A stretch of DNA of 40,098 nt from Thermomicrobiales bacterium (GCA_051002645.1 JBPCMC010000237.1:1-40098); one strand, 5' to 3'. Counted from the stretch's first letter, positions 15,315 to 23,995 are shown. Made by a program: numbers and translations. Notes: generated by a model not told the origin, from the sequence alone.

Positions 15315-16090
15315 CCGTGCGCGCCCGGTCGCGGCGCGCGCCTTCGCACGGGCTGTTGACGCCGCGCACGCGCTTCGGATGGGTGATGGCGCTCGTCGTT
15401 CTCGCGCCGCTCGCCTATGGCTGCTACGCGGCGCGGACGCCGTCGTCGCAACTCTTCGGTGACATCTACACGCACGGGCCGCGCACGGAGAAGGTCGTCG
15501 CGCTGACCTTCGATGACGGGCCGAACGATCCGTACACCGGGCAGATCCTCGATGTGCTGAAGCAGGAGAGCGTCCACGCGACCTTCTTCTGCGTCGGCAT
15601 CAACGCCGAGCGCGAGCCGGCGACCGTCCGTCGCATCGCCGCCGAGGGGAACGATATCGGCAACCACTCCTATCGTCACCGGAAGCGGGACACGCTGCTC
15701 GACCTCGGCTACAACGACGCGGCGCGGACAAATGACATTTTGCGGGGCATTACCGGCACGTTGCCCCGCCTCTACCGCGCGCCGAACGGCTTCCATACGC
15801 CGTGGTCGCTGCGTGCGGTGGCGGAACACGGCTTGCGAGCGATCGGCTGGGATGTTGAGGCAAATGACTGGGCCGAGCCGGGAGTGAACAATATTGTCAT
15901 GCGGACGGTGGACGGTGTTCAGCCTGGCTCCATCATTCTCCTCCATGATGGCGACAACGCCCGCCTCGGCACGGACCGCAGCCAGCAGGTCGAGGCGGTG
16001 CGCACGATTATTCAAACGCTCAAAGGGCGCGGTTATCGGTTCGTCACGGTCTCCGAAATGCTCGGCCTCCCGCCGACGAAGGGAAATTAA
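15299..16090 (+). CDS. Membrane-anchored polysaccharide deacetylase (NodB homology domain; ArnD/PgdA-like family)
   Basis: N-terminal anchor FGWVMALVVLAPLAYG. NodB motifs are VALTFDDGP, FFCVG and IGNHSYRH, followed by YRAPNG and ILLHDG. The upstream purine tract GGTGAGGAA comes from the end of repeat B. Confidence 0.8.
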   Translation: MPRHMTVRARSRRAPSHGLLTPRTRFGWVMALVVLAPLAYGCYAARTPSSQLFGDIYTHGPRTEKVVALTFDDGPNDPYTGQILDVLKQESVHATFFCVGINAEREPATVRRIAAEGNDIGNHSYRHRKRDTLLDLGYNDAARTNDILRGITGTLPRLYRAPNGFHTPWSLRAVAEHGLRAIGWDVEANDWAEPGVNNIVMRTVDGVQPGSIILLHDGDNARLGTDRSQQVEAVRTIIQTLKGRGYRFVTVSEMLGLPPTKGN

Positions 16091-16094
16091 CACA

Positions 16095-17024
16095 ATGCAA
16101 ACGGGCAATCAGCGCAATGTTCTCGTCACCGGTGGCGCCGGTTTTATTGGCAGCCACGTCGTCGAAGCGCTCCTGCACGACGGCTGGTACGTCACCGTCG
16201 TGGACGACCTCTCCGGCGGCGAGCGCGCCAATCTGCCGGACGAGGTCGATTTCGTCCACTGCAATATCACCGATCCCGATCTGCTGGCGGTCTTCGCGGT
16301 CGGCGCCTTCGATGCGGTGATCCACTGCGCCGCCCAGACCTCGGTGCCACGCTCGGTGGCGAACCCCGGCTTCGACCGGCTCGTCAACATGATCGGCACG
16401 GAGAATGTGCTCCGCTGCGCGAAAGAGACGCACGTCCGTCGCGTCGTCTTCTTCTCCTCCGGCGGTGCGGTCTACGGCGACACGACCGCCCGCGCGGACG
16501 AGACGACGTTGCCCGCCCCTCTGAGCCCCTATGGTATCCACAAACTGGCGGCGGAGTCGTATGTCGCGCTCAACGGTCTCTCCTATGCCATCCTCCGGCC
16601 CGCGAATGTCTACGGGCCGCGTCAGCGCGCCGGGACGGATGGCGGCGTGATTGCCACCTTCGTCGACCGCCTCACACGTCATGAGCCGCTGGTTATCAAC
16701 GGCGACGGCGAGCAGGTGCGCGACTTCGTCTTCGTCGCGGACGTTGCCGCCGCCGTCCGCTCGGCGCTCTCGTGGAACTGCTCGGGCATCTGGAATGTGG
16801 CGAGCGGCGTGGAGACAACCGTCAACGACCTCGCCCGGCAGGTCGGGCAGGCGCTCGGCGTCACGCCGACGATTGAGTACGCCCCGGCCCGTGCCGGCGA
16901 CGTGCGCATCTCACGCCTCTCGAACGAGCGCATCATCCGGCAGGGCTTGTGGTGGCCCGAGTACACCCTCGCGCAGGGCCTCGCCGCGATGGTCGCCGCA
17001 CGAACCGTAACCATCCCGACGTAG
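16095..17024 (+). CDS. NAD-dependent epimerase/dehydratase (extended SDR)
   Basis: ATG at 16095, 4 nt after the deacetylase stop. VLVTGGAGFIGSHVVEAL Rossmann motif and YGIHK (YxxxK). Confidence 0.85.
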   Translation: MQTGNQRNVLVTGGAGFIGSHVVEALLHDGWYVTVVDDLSGGERANLPDEVDFVHCNITDPDLLAVFAVGAFDAVIHCAAQTSVPRSVANPGFDRLVNMIGTENVLRCAKETHVRRVVFFSSGGAVYGDTTARADETTLPAPLSPYGIHKLAAESYVALNGLSYAILRPANVYGPRQRAGTDGGVIATFVDRLTRHEPLVINGDGEQVRDFVFVADVAAAVRSALSWNCSGIWNVASGVETTVNDLARQVGQALGVTPTIEYAPARAGDVRISRLSNERIIRQGLWWPEYTLAQGLAAMVAARTVTIPT

Positions 17025-17249
17025 GCCGAATCACGGCCCATCGCCGCATGTTGGTTCGTGCGATTGCACGGAGCGGAAAGGGTGGCCAGATACCTCTCCG
17101 CACTTTCCGCCTGTCGCCCGATTGCCTTTGGTGGCCCGCACCCCGTCACAAAACAGCGTTCTGAACCGATAAATAGGAGAGATGATTGACCTATGGACTA
17201 AATTTATCCTCATGGTCCTCCGGCTGTGGTGAGAAGAAGGATAGAGGAT

Positions 17250-20200
17250 ATGCTGCTCCCCTCGCATCGCCGGGCACCGCGCACGCTCCGCGCCCTCGTC
17301 GTCGTGGCCCTCCTCGTCAGCCTCGCGCTGCTGATCGAGCGGCGCTTTGCGCTCATCGACTTCTTCCTTGCCCCGCTACGGCGATGGAACGCGGGGATCA
17401 CCGACGATGCGCTCGCGGCCATGGCGGATCTCGGCATCGTGATGGTCGTCTTCGCGGCGCGCCAATGGTGGCTGCTCCGCCGCGAGGATCGCGACCGCCA
17501 GGAGGCGGAGGGGGCATTGCGGCGTTCCGAGACGCAGTATCGCGCCCTCTTCGCCGCCGCGAATGAGCCGATGCTCATCTTCGCGCCCGCGACGCTCGCC
17601 ATCCTCGACGCCAATCCGCGCGCAGCAGAACTGTATGGGATGCCGCGCGACGCGCTGATCGGCCGCAGCCTGCTCGAATTCTCCACCGACCCCGACCGTG
17701 CGGCGCGGTCGATCCACGAATTGCTCGCGGACGGGGATGCGACGCCACGCCGCGCTTTCTCCTTCGTGCAACAACGACCGGATGGCACGCGGATCGATAT
17801 CGGCGCGCAGGCATCCGTGGTGGAGTACGCGGGGAAGCAGGCGATCTTGACCATCAACCGCGACATCACCGCGCAGAAGCGCGCCGAGGAACTCCTCCAA
17901 CGGCAGAATGGCTACTATACCGCGCTCCACGAGACGAGCCTGGAGTTGCTTCATCAACTCGACTTGACGGCGGCGCTCGAGGCGATCGTCGCGCGCGCGG
18001 CGGCCCTGATCGGCACGGCGAACGGCTACATCGAACTGGTTACCGACGACGGGGCGCTGCTCCTCCCCGCCGTCGGGCTCGGCATGTTCCGCAGTCCGAT
18101 CAGCACGGGCAAGCGGCGCGGCGAGGGCATCGGCGGCACCGTCTGGGCGACCGGCCAACCTCTGGTAGTCAACGACTACGGCGCATGGGCTAACCGCCTG
18201 CCCGACGACCGGCGCAACATCTATCACGCGGTGGCCGCTGCCCCGTTGATCGCGGGCGACACGGTCGTCGGGGTGCTCGGCCTCGGCGCGGAGCGCGGGG
18301 AACGGGCCTTCGACGACGCGGACGTCGATCTCCTCGCGCGCTTCGCCGCCCTTGCCTCCATCGCGCTCCAGAACGCCCGGCTGCACACGGCGGCGCAGCA
18401 GGAACTGGCGGAGCGCCGCCGCGCCGAGGCGCAAGTACGGGCGGGCGAGCGCCGCTTCCAGGCGATGATCGAGCGGAGCGCCGACGCGATCGTCCTCTTC
18501 GACGCGGCGCTGCAACGCACCTACATCAGTCCTTCGACGACCAATGTGCTCGGCTACACGCCGGAAGAGTATCGCAATCTGCGAGGCGATCATCTCTTCC
18601 ATCCCGATGACAACGACCGGGTCTCCGCGCTCTTCCGCGATGTCGCAGCCCGGCCCGGCGAGAGTGCAACGACCGAGGCGCGGGTGCGGCATAAGGACGG
18701 CACATGGCGCTGGCTCGCGATCACCTACACGAACTTCCTCGACGAGCCGGATGTCCGCGCGATTGTCGCCAACTACCGGGACATCACCGAGCGCGAGTTG
18801 GCGGACCGGCAATCGCGTCGGCAACATGCCTACCTCGAAGCGCTCCACGATGTCAGTCTCGGGCTGATGCGTCGGCTCGATGTGGCGGATGTGCTCAACA
18901 CGATCGTCCGTCGGGCCGGTGAACTGCTCGAAACCGCGCATGGCTTCGTCGCCCTCGTCTCAGAGGATGGTGCGCGGCTCGAGTTTATGACCGGCAGTGG
19001 AGTCTACGACGTTGCCGGTATGACAGCGGTACAACCGGGCGAAGGCATCGCGGGGGTCGTCTGGCAAACCGGGGAACCGGTGACGATTGCCGATTACTCA
19101 CGCTGGCCGCTGCGCCGTATGGGGCCGTCCACCGACTCCATCCACGCGGTGGTCGGCGTGCCGCTGGTTTCCCACGATCGCGTGATCGGGGCGCTCTCCC
19201 TCGCCTACGCCGAGAGCGGGCGGACGTTCGACGCGGCGGCCATCGAGACGCTGGGCCGGTTCGCGCAACTCGCCGCCATCGCGCTCGACAACGCCCGGCT
19301 GTACGCCGCCGCGCAGGAGGAAATCCGCGAGCGACGCGAGGCGGAGGCGGCGCTGCGCGGCAGTGAAGCGCGCTACCGGCAGATGTTCGAGAATCACCAG
19401 GCGGTGCAACTGCTGGTCGACCCTGCAACGGGCGCGATCGTCGACGCCAACCCCGCTGCCTGCGCCTTCTACGGCTATGCGCGCGAGGAACTGCGGGGCA
19501 GGCCCATGGGCGAGATCAACACCTGCACCGCGCCGGAACTGGCCGAGGCGATACGGAGCGCGAGCGCGGGCGAGGGGATCACCTTTTTCTTTCAGCACCG
19601 CCTGGCCTCGGGCGACATCCGCGATGTCGAGGTGCGCTCCGGCCCCATCGAGAGCGGCGGGCGTCAACTGCTCTTCTCCATCGTCCACGACATCACCGAG
19701 CGCAAGCAGGCCGAGGAGCAACTGCTGCATCACGCGCTGCACGACGCCCTGACGACGCTCCCCAACCGCGCCCTCTTCATGGATCGGCTGCACCACGCCA
19801 TCGCGCGTGCCAAGCGACGCCCGGACGATCATTTCGCCGTTCTCTTCGTCGATTTCGACCGCTTCAAGAATGTCAACGACAGTTTCGGCCACCTCGAAGG
19901 CGACCGGTTGCTGCAGGAGGTTGGCCGTCGCATCGGCGCCGCCCTCGATCCGACGGCGACCGTCGCGCGGTTGGGGGGTGACGAGTTTGCCATCCTCGTC
20001 GAAGAGATCGGCGGTGTCGCCGATGCGACGCGCGCGGCGGAGCGCGTGCAGGCGGCATTCGCGTCGCCGGTGGTGATCCGCGGGCAGAAGATATTCACGA
20101 CCGCGAGCATCGGCATCGCGGTCAGTCAGCCAACCTATCGCCGCCCGGAGGAGATGCTGCGCGACGCGGACACGGCGATGTACCGGGCGAAGGCGCAGGG

Positions 20201-21053
20201 GCGGGCGCAATCGGTCGTCTTCGACCGGACGATGCACGCGAAAGTCGTCGCCCGGCTGCAACTGGAGAACGACTTGCGGCGCGCTATCGCCCGCGAGGAA
20301 TTCCAGGTGCATTACCAGCCGATTGTCTCGCTGGCGACGGGCGAGACGGCGGGATTCGAGGCGCTCCTCCGCTGGGAGCACCCCTCGCTCGGCTTCGTGA
20401 CGCCGGGCGAGTTCATCCCGCTGGCGGAGGAGACGGGCCTGATCGTCGCGCTCGACCGATGGATCCTGCGCCGCAGTTGCGAGGAGTTGCGCCGGTGGCA
20501 GATGATCGCGCCGCACTCGAGCAGCCTGGCGATCAGTGTCAATATCTCGGGGAAGCACCTGGTGCAGCCGGACTTCCTCGAAGCGCTGACGGTGATCGTG
20601 GCGGAGACCGGCATCGCGCCGTCCCACCTCACGCTCGAACTGACGGAGAGCGCCCTGGTCGAACACGCGGAGGCGGCGAGCGTGGTGCTCGGCAATTTGC
20701 GCGCGCTCGGCGTCCATGTTGCGCTGGACGACTTCGGCATGGGATATTCGTCGCTCAACTATCTGCGGCGCTTCCCGGTCGAGACGCTGAAGATCGACCG
20801 CTCATTCGTCGGCGCGCGGAACGGGATGCTGGAGAACGCGGAAATCGTGCGGGCGATCATCGGACTGGCGCACAACCTGGGGATCGGCGTCGTCGCGGAG
20901 GGGGTCGAGACCGAGGCGCAGCGCGCGATGCTCGCCGGGTTCGACTGCGACGCGGCGCAGGGCTATTACTTCTCGCCGCCCCTGACGGGCGAACTGGCGC
21001 AACACGCGCTCGCACGCGCCGATGCCCCGCGCGAGGAACACGCCGCGCGATAG
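17250..21053 (+). CDS. Membrane-anchored PAS-GAF-PAS-GAF-PAS-GGDEF-EAL signalling protein (c-di-GMP turnover)
   Basis: ATG at 17250 after GAAGAAGGATAGAGG, then two N-terminal hydrophobic helices. The PAS-GAF module is duplicated (RQNGYYTALHETSLELL.. versus RRQHAYLEALHDVSLGL..). GGDEF is intact at 19974-19988 (RLGGDEFAIL). EAL is intact at 20358-20366, together with ELTES, DDFGMGYSSL, KIDRSF, EGVET and QGYYF. Confidence 0.9.
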   Translation: MLLPSHRRAPRTLRALVVVALLVSLALLIERRFALIDFFLAPLRRWNAGITDDALAAMADLGIVMVVFAARQWWLLRREDRDRQEAEGALRRSETQYRALFAAANEPMLIFAPATLAILDANPRAAELYGMPRDALIGRSLLEFSTDPDRAARSIHELLADGDATPRRAFSFVQQRPDGTRIDIGAQASVVEYAGKQAILTINRDITAQKRAEELLQRQNGYYTALHETSLELLHQLDLTAALEAIVARAAALIGTANGYIELVTDDGALLLPAVGLGMFRSPISTGKRRGEGIGGTVWATGQPLVVNDYGAWANRLPDDRRNIYHAVAAAPLIAGDTVVGVLGLGAERGERAFDDADVDLLARFAALASIALQNARLHTAAQQELAERRRAEAQVRAGERRFQAMIERSADAIVLFDAALQRTYISPSTTNVLGYTPEEYRNLRGDHLFHPDDNDRVSALFRDVAARPGESATTEARVRHKDGTWRWLAITYTNFLDEPDVRAIVANYRDITERELADRQSRRQHAYLEALHDVSLGLMRRLDVADVLNTIVRRAGELLETAHGFVALVSEDGARLEFMTGSGVYDVAGMTAVQPGEGIAGVVWQTGEPVTIADYSRWPLRRMGPSTDSIHAVVGVPLVSHDRVIGALSLAYAESGRTFDAAAIETLGRFAQLAAIALDNARLYAAAQEEIRERREAEAALRGSEARYRQMFENHQAVQLLVDPATGAIVDANPAACAFYGYAREELRGRPMGEINTCTAPELAEAIRSASAGEGITFFFQHRLASGDIRDVEVRSGPIESGGRQLLFSIVHDITERKQAEEQLLHHALHDALTTLPNRALFMDRLHHAIARAKRRPDDHFAVLFVDFDRFKNVNDSFGHLEGDRLLQEVGRRIGAALDPTATVARLGGDEFAILVEEIGGVADATRAAERVQAAFASPVVIRGQKIFTTASIGIAVSQPTYRRPEEMLRDADTAMYRAKAQGRAQSVVFDRTMHAKVVARLQLENDLRRAIAREEFQVHYQPIVSLATGETAGFEALLRWEHPSLGFVTPGEFIPLAEETGLIVALDRWILRRSCEELRRWQMIAPHSSSLAISVNISGKHLVQPDFLEALTVIVAETGIAPSHLTLELTESALVEHAEAASVVLGNLRALGVHVALDDFGMGYSSLNYLRRFPVETLKIDRSFVGARNGMLENAEIVRAIIGLAHNLGIGVVAEGVETEAQRAMLAGFDCDAAQGYYFSPPLTGELAQHALARADAPREEHAAR

Positions 21054-21154
21054 GGTCCGTCACTCCTCACTCTTTCCTCAGCAGTATAGTATGACAAGCG
21101 GAAGAACCATCGCTCGGATGGTAGCGCGGGCAATACGAACGGAGGAGCGGGACC

Positions 21155-22045
21155 ATGCGCGGCATCGAGCATGAGACGTTTGGCGGGACATTCCCGTTCG
21201 CACCGCATTACCATCAGATCGGCGATTTCGCCATGCATTACGTGGATGAGGGGAGCGGCGAGCCGATTGTGATGCTGCACGGCGATCCGACGTGGGGGTA
21301 TCTGTTCCGCAACTTCATCCCGCCGCTCGCCGCGCACTACCGCTGCATCGTGCCGGATCATATGGGCATGGGCAAGTCAGAGACGCCGCCGGACCCGGCG
21401 CGCTACCATCTCCGCCAGCACGTCGATAATCTGGAGCGCCTGCTCCTGGACCTCGATCTGCGCGACATTACGCTCGTCCTGCACGACTGGGGCGGGCCGG
21501 TCGGGCTCGGCTTCGCCACGCGCCACCCCGCGCGCATCAAGCGGCTGGTGTTGCTCAATACTTGGGCGTTCGCTGTCTGGCCCGGCCCGATGCCGCGCCT
21601 GACGGAACTGATCCGCTCGGCGCGCGGGGAATCGTTCGTCCTGAAGCGGAATGGCTATCTCGAACCTGCGCTGACGGGGGCCGTCCACTATCCGGAGCAT
21701 CTGACCGAGACGGTGATGGACGCGTACCGGGCGCCCTTCCCCACCCCGGAATCCCGGATCGCCATGCTCCGCTGGTCCCGCGATATCCCGGTGCAGGAAG
21801 GAGACGACTCATATGCGGAGATGGAGCGGATCGAAGGTGGATTATCGCTCTTCGCCGAGACGCCCGTGCTGCTCGTCTGGGGGATGAACGACCTTGTGCT
21901 GCCGCCGGCGGTGCTTCGCCAATGGCAGGCGCGCTATCCCCACGCGACCACCCATGAGATCGACGACGCGAATCACTTTCTCCAGGAGGACGCGCCGGAA
22001 CGCATCGTCGGCGTGATTATGGCATTCCTCGCGGCGTATCCGTAG
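21155..22045 (+). CDS. Haloalkane dehalogenase-like alpha/beta hydrolase
   Basis: MLHGDPTWGYLFRN, nucleophile context LVLHDWGGPVGLGF, and C-terminal ANHFLQEDAPE (the catalytic His context of the HLD family). Confidence 0.75.
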   Translation: MRGIEHETFGGTFPFAPHYHQIGDFAMHYVDEGSGEPIVMLHGDPTWGYLFRNFIPPLAAHYRCIVPDHMGMGKSETPPDPARYHLRQHVDNLERLLLDLDLRDITLVLHDWGGPVGLGFATRHPARIKRLVLLNTWAFAVWPGPMPRLTELIRSARGESFVLKRNGYLEPALTGAVHYPEHLTETVMDAYRAPFPTPESRIAMLRWSRDIPVQEGDDSYAEMERIEGGLSLFAETPVLLVWGMNDLVLPPAVLRQWQARYPHATTHEIDDANHFLQEDAPERIVGVIMAFLAAYP

Positions 22046-22056
22046 CGTAGGGACGG

Positions 22057-22207
22057 CCTAACCCCCGGCCCCTTCCCGGTTCGGGAAGGGGTGACTCAGT
22101 GCGAATGCCGTGGTCTGTGTATTAGCACCCTGCCCAATCCAGAGGGCGCATGCAATGCGCCCCTACCCTCCCCCTTCCCGCCTCGGGAAGGGGGCCGGGG
22201 GGTTAGG
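22057..22207. repeat. Nested palindromic element, family A, copy 2
   Basis: Arm 22057-22091 (CCTAACCCCCGGCCCCTTCCCGGTTCGGGAAGGGG) and arm 22171-22207 (CCCCTTCCCGCCTCGGGAAGGGGGCCGGGGGGTTAGG). The centre carries an 8-bp/3-nt-loop hairpin GGGCGCAT-GCA-ATGCGCCC. The element starts 12 nt after the dehalogenase-like stop. Confidence 0.9.
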
Positions 22208-22253
22208 CAGACCAGCCGACCTCCGAATGCGTACACCCCGCCCTTTCAGGAGA

Positions 22254-22282
22254 TTGACGTACCCCGAATGCGCCCGTATGCT
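22254..22282 (+). promoter_or_regulatory. Candidate sigma-70-type promoter (TTGACG-17 nt-TATGCT) for the MFS gene
   Basis: -35 TTGACG at 22254-22259, exactly 17-nt spacer, -10 TATGCT at 22277-22282. This would give a leader of about 265 nt before the GTG at 22557. Confidence 0.4.
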
Positions 22283-22556
22283 CGACGCAACGAACGTCGC
22301 TCTTTTACGCACGGTACGAAAGGGAAGCCCCGTGAACATACTCCGCGAGGTGTGTTTCAGCGCCATCGCCAGAACCGCCGCGCTGTAGGGGCGCTCGCGG
22401 AGTTACGGACTGCCATCGCAGCAGCCTGCCGCGATTATCGTGCCGATTACCCGTCGGCTCGCTCTTCCGCTTGCGTTCCCCTCATACGCCGGTTCGCGCC
22501 GCGTCATTCGTGACGGCGGCAGCCTTCGTTGTTGTATCTGAGGGAGCGTTTTTCAC

Positions 22557-23825
22557 GTGGAAACATCAACAGCACCATCGCACGCGCGTTTCACCGGGCT
22601 GTGGCGGCACCCTGACTTCCTGAAGTTGTGGGCTGGGCAGACGATCTCGCTCTTCGGCACGCTCGTCGGCAACCTCTCGCTCACCTTCGTGGCAATTATC
22701 TTCCTCGACGCGACGCCGATCCAGGTCGCCCTCCTCAACGCGGCGAAACTGGCGCCGGGGCTGGTCGTCGGCCTCTTCGCGGGCGTCTGGGTGGACCGCC
22801 TGCGCCGCCGCCCGGTGATGATCGTTGTAGACATCGGGCGGGCGATCACGCTGGGGACGATTCCGCTCCTCGCCGCCGTGCATCATCTCACCATCGGGCT
22901 CCTGTATGTCATTGTGCTGATCGTCAGCGTCCTGACCGTCTTCTTCGATGTGGCGTACCGCTCGTACCTGCCGTCGCTGGTGCGGCGGGAGGAGTTGGTG
23001 GAGGGGAACAGCAAACTTCAGGCGAGCGCCTCCGTTTCGGAGTTCTCCGGCTTTGGCGTCGCGGGAGTGCTCGTCCAGTTGCTGAGCGCGCCGGGCGCAA
23101 TCGCGATTGATGCCGTCTCGTTCCTCGTCTCCGCCTTCTCGTTGGCGACGATCCGCCATGAGGAGCCGCGCGCCGTCTCACCGGCGGAGCAGCCGGGGAC
23201 GTGGCGCGAGATCGGTGAGGGGTTGCGACTGGTGCGGGACAGCCCGCTCTTCCGCACCCTCGCGGGCGTCACCGGCGCCTGGTATCTCTTTCGCAGCATC
23301 CTCGGCGCGGTGATTATGCTCTTCATCACGCGGGAGTTGGGCGTCTCTCCCGCCTTGCAGGGGGTGATCTACTCCGTCGGCGGCGTCAGTTCCTTCTTCG
23401 GCGCGGTGCTGGCGGAGCGGGTGACGCGGCGCTGGGGTGTCGGCCCGACGATGTTCTGGATGCTGCTGCTCACCGTGGTCTCCTGCGTCTTCGTCCCGCT
23501 CGCCTCCGGGCCGCTCGCGATCGTCGTCATCCTGCTCGTCTTGCAGCAGATTTTCGGCGACGGCGCGGCGACGCTCTACGAGATCGATCAGGTCAGCCTC
23601 CTGCAAGCGAGCACGCCGGGTCGCCTCCTGGGGCGGATGAACGCGAGCATCCGCTTCATCGAATGGAGCACGATGCTCGTCGGCCTGCTCGTCGGCGGCG
23701 TGCTGGGCGAACTGATCGGCCTCCGCCCGACCCTCTTTGTCGCGGTCGGCGGCCAGTTGCTCGCCCCACTCTGGCTCGCCCTCTCGCCTGTGCGTCATCT
23801 GCGAGAGCATCCGGGACATTCCTAA
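22557..23825 (+). CDS. MFS transporter (EntS/MFS_3-like, 12 TM)
   Basis: FTGLWRHPDFLKLWAGQTISLFGT.. and GVWVDRLRRRPVM (the MFS loop 2-3 motif), with many hydrophobic helices. GTG start after GGGAG. The stop TAA (23823-23825) is the TAA of the CCTAACC end of repeat copy 3. Confidence 0.85.
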   Translation: METSTAPSHARFTGLWRHPDFLKLWAGQTISLFGTLVGNLSLTFVAIIFLDATPIQVALLNAAKLAPGLVVGLFAGVWVDRLRRRPVMIVVDIGRAITLGTIPLLAAVHHLTIGLLYVIVLIVSVLTVFFDVAYRSYLPSLVRREELVEGNSKLQASASVSEFSGFGVAGVLVQLLSAPGAIAIDAVSFLVSAFSLATIRHEEPRAVSPAEQPGTWREIGEGLRLVRDSPLFRTLAGVTGAWYLFRSILGAVIMLFITRELGVSPALQGVIYSVGGVSSFFGAVLAERVTRRWGVGPTMFWMLLLTVVSCVFVPLASGPLAIVVILLVLQQIFGDGAATLYEIDQVSLLQASTPGRLLGRMNASIRFIEWSTMLVGLLVGGVLGELIGLRPTLFVAVGGQLLAPLWLALSPVRHLREHPGHS

Positions 23826-23952
23826 CCCCCCAACCCCCTTCCCTCCGAGGGAAGGGGGAGCAAGCCGCCGATATACCGAGGCATTGAAGGGAACGCCACG
23901 GCAAGTCACGCGAGTAACCCCTTCCCTCCGGGGGAAGGGGCAGGGGGTTAGG
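23821..23952. repeat. Nested palindromic element, family A, copy 3
   Basis: Arm 23821-23860 (CCTAACCCCCCAACCCCCTTCCCTCCGAGGGAAGGGGGAG) and arm 23918-23952 (CCCCTTCCCTCCGGGGGAAGGGGCAGGGGGTTAGG). The centre is unrelated to copies 1 and 2. Confidence 0.9.
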
Positions 23953-23967
23953 CTCCCAATTGGCCCT

Positions 23968-23995
23968 TTACAGCGCGCGTGAGTGCTGATAGTAT
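23968..23995 (+). promoter_or_regulatory. Candidate promoter (TTACAG-16 nt-TAGTAT) upstream of the peptide ABC operon
   Basis: Hexamers at 23968-23973 and 23990-23995, about 155 nt upstream of the permease ATG. Based on sequence resemblance only. Confidence 0.3.

Noticed and set aside
17182-17232. A 16-codon mini-ORF (MIDLWTKFILMVLRLW) just upstream of the GGDEF-EAL gene, as a regulatory leader peptide.
   Set aside because: The AGGAG tract ends only about 2 nt before its ATG, I have no evidence of conservation, and the region is equally well explained as an AT-rich promoter/5' UTR.
22091-22513. ORFs translating the repeat elements as proteins with PSPxGKGxGG-type peptides. Examples are 22091-22513(+), 22110-22388(+), 23178-24104(-), 23737-23982(+), 8485-8790(+) and 15109-15462(+).
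   Set aside because: They exist only because the palindromic elements are open in several frames. They have no RBS or family signal and overlap better-supported features.
22057-23952. Family-A repeats read as integron attC sites. Copies 2 and 3 end in GTTAGGC (fits GTTRRRY) and copy 2 begins GCCTAAC (fits RYYYAAC). The sizes are 132-151 bp, the centres are variable, and the elements sit right after ORFs.
   Set aside because: - No integrase gene is in the window.
- Copies 1 and 3 violate the inverse-core consensus, and copy 1 also violates the core consensus.
- The related B and C variants lack the consensus altogether.
- Each arm is itself a long perfect mini-palindrome, which is unlike attC R/L boxes.
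- One copy sits inside a conserved operon gene, and the bracketed MFS gene has its own promoter-like site.

Running an attC covariance model would still be a cheap check.
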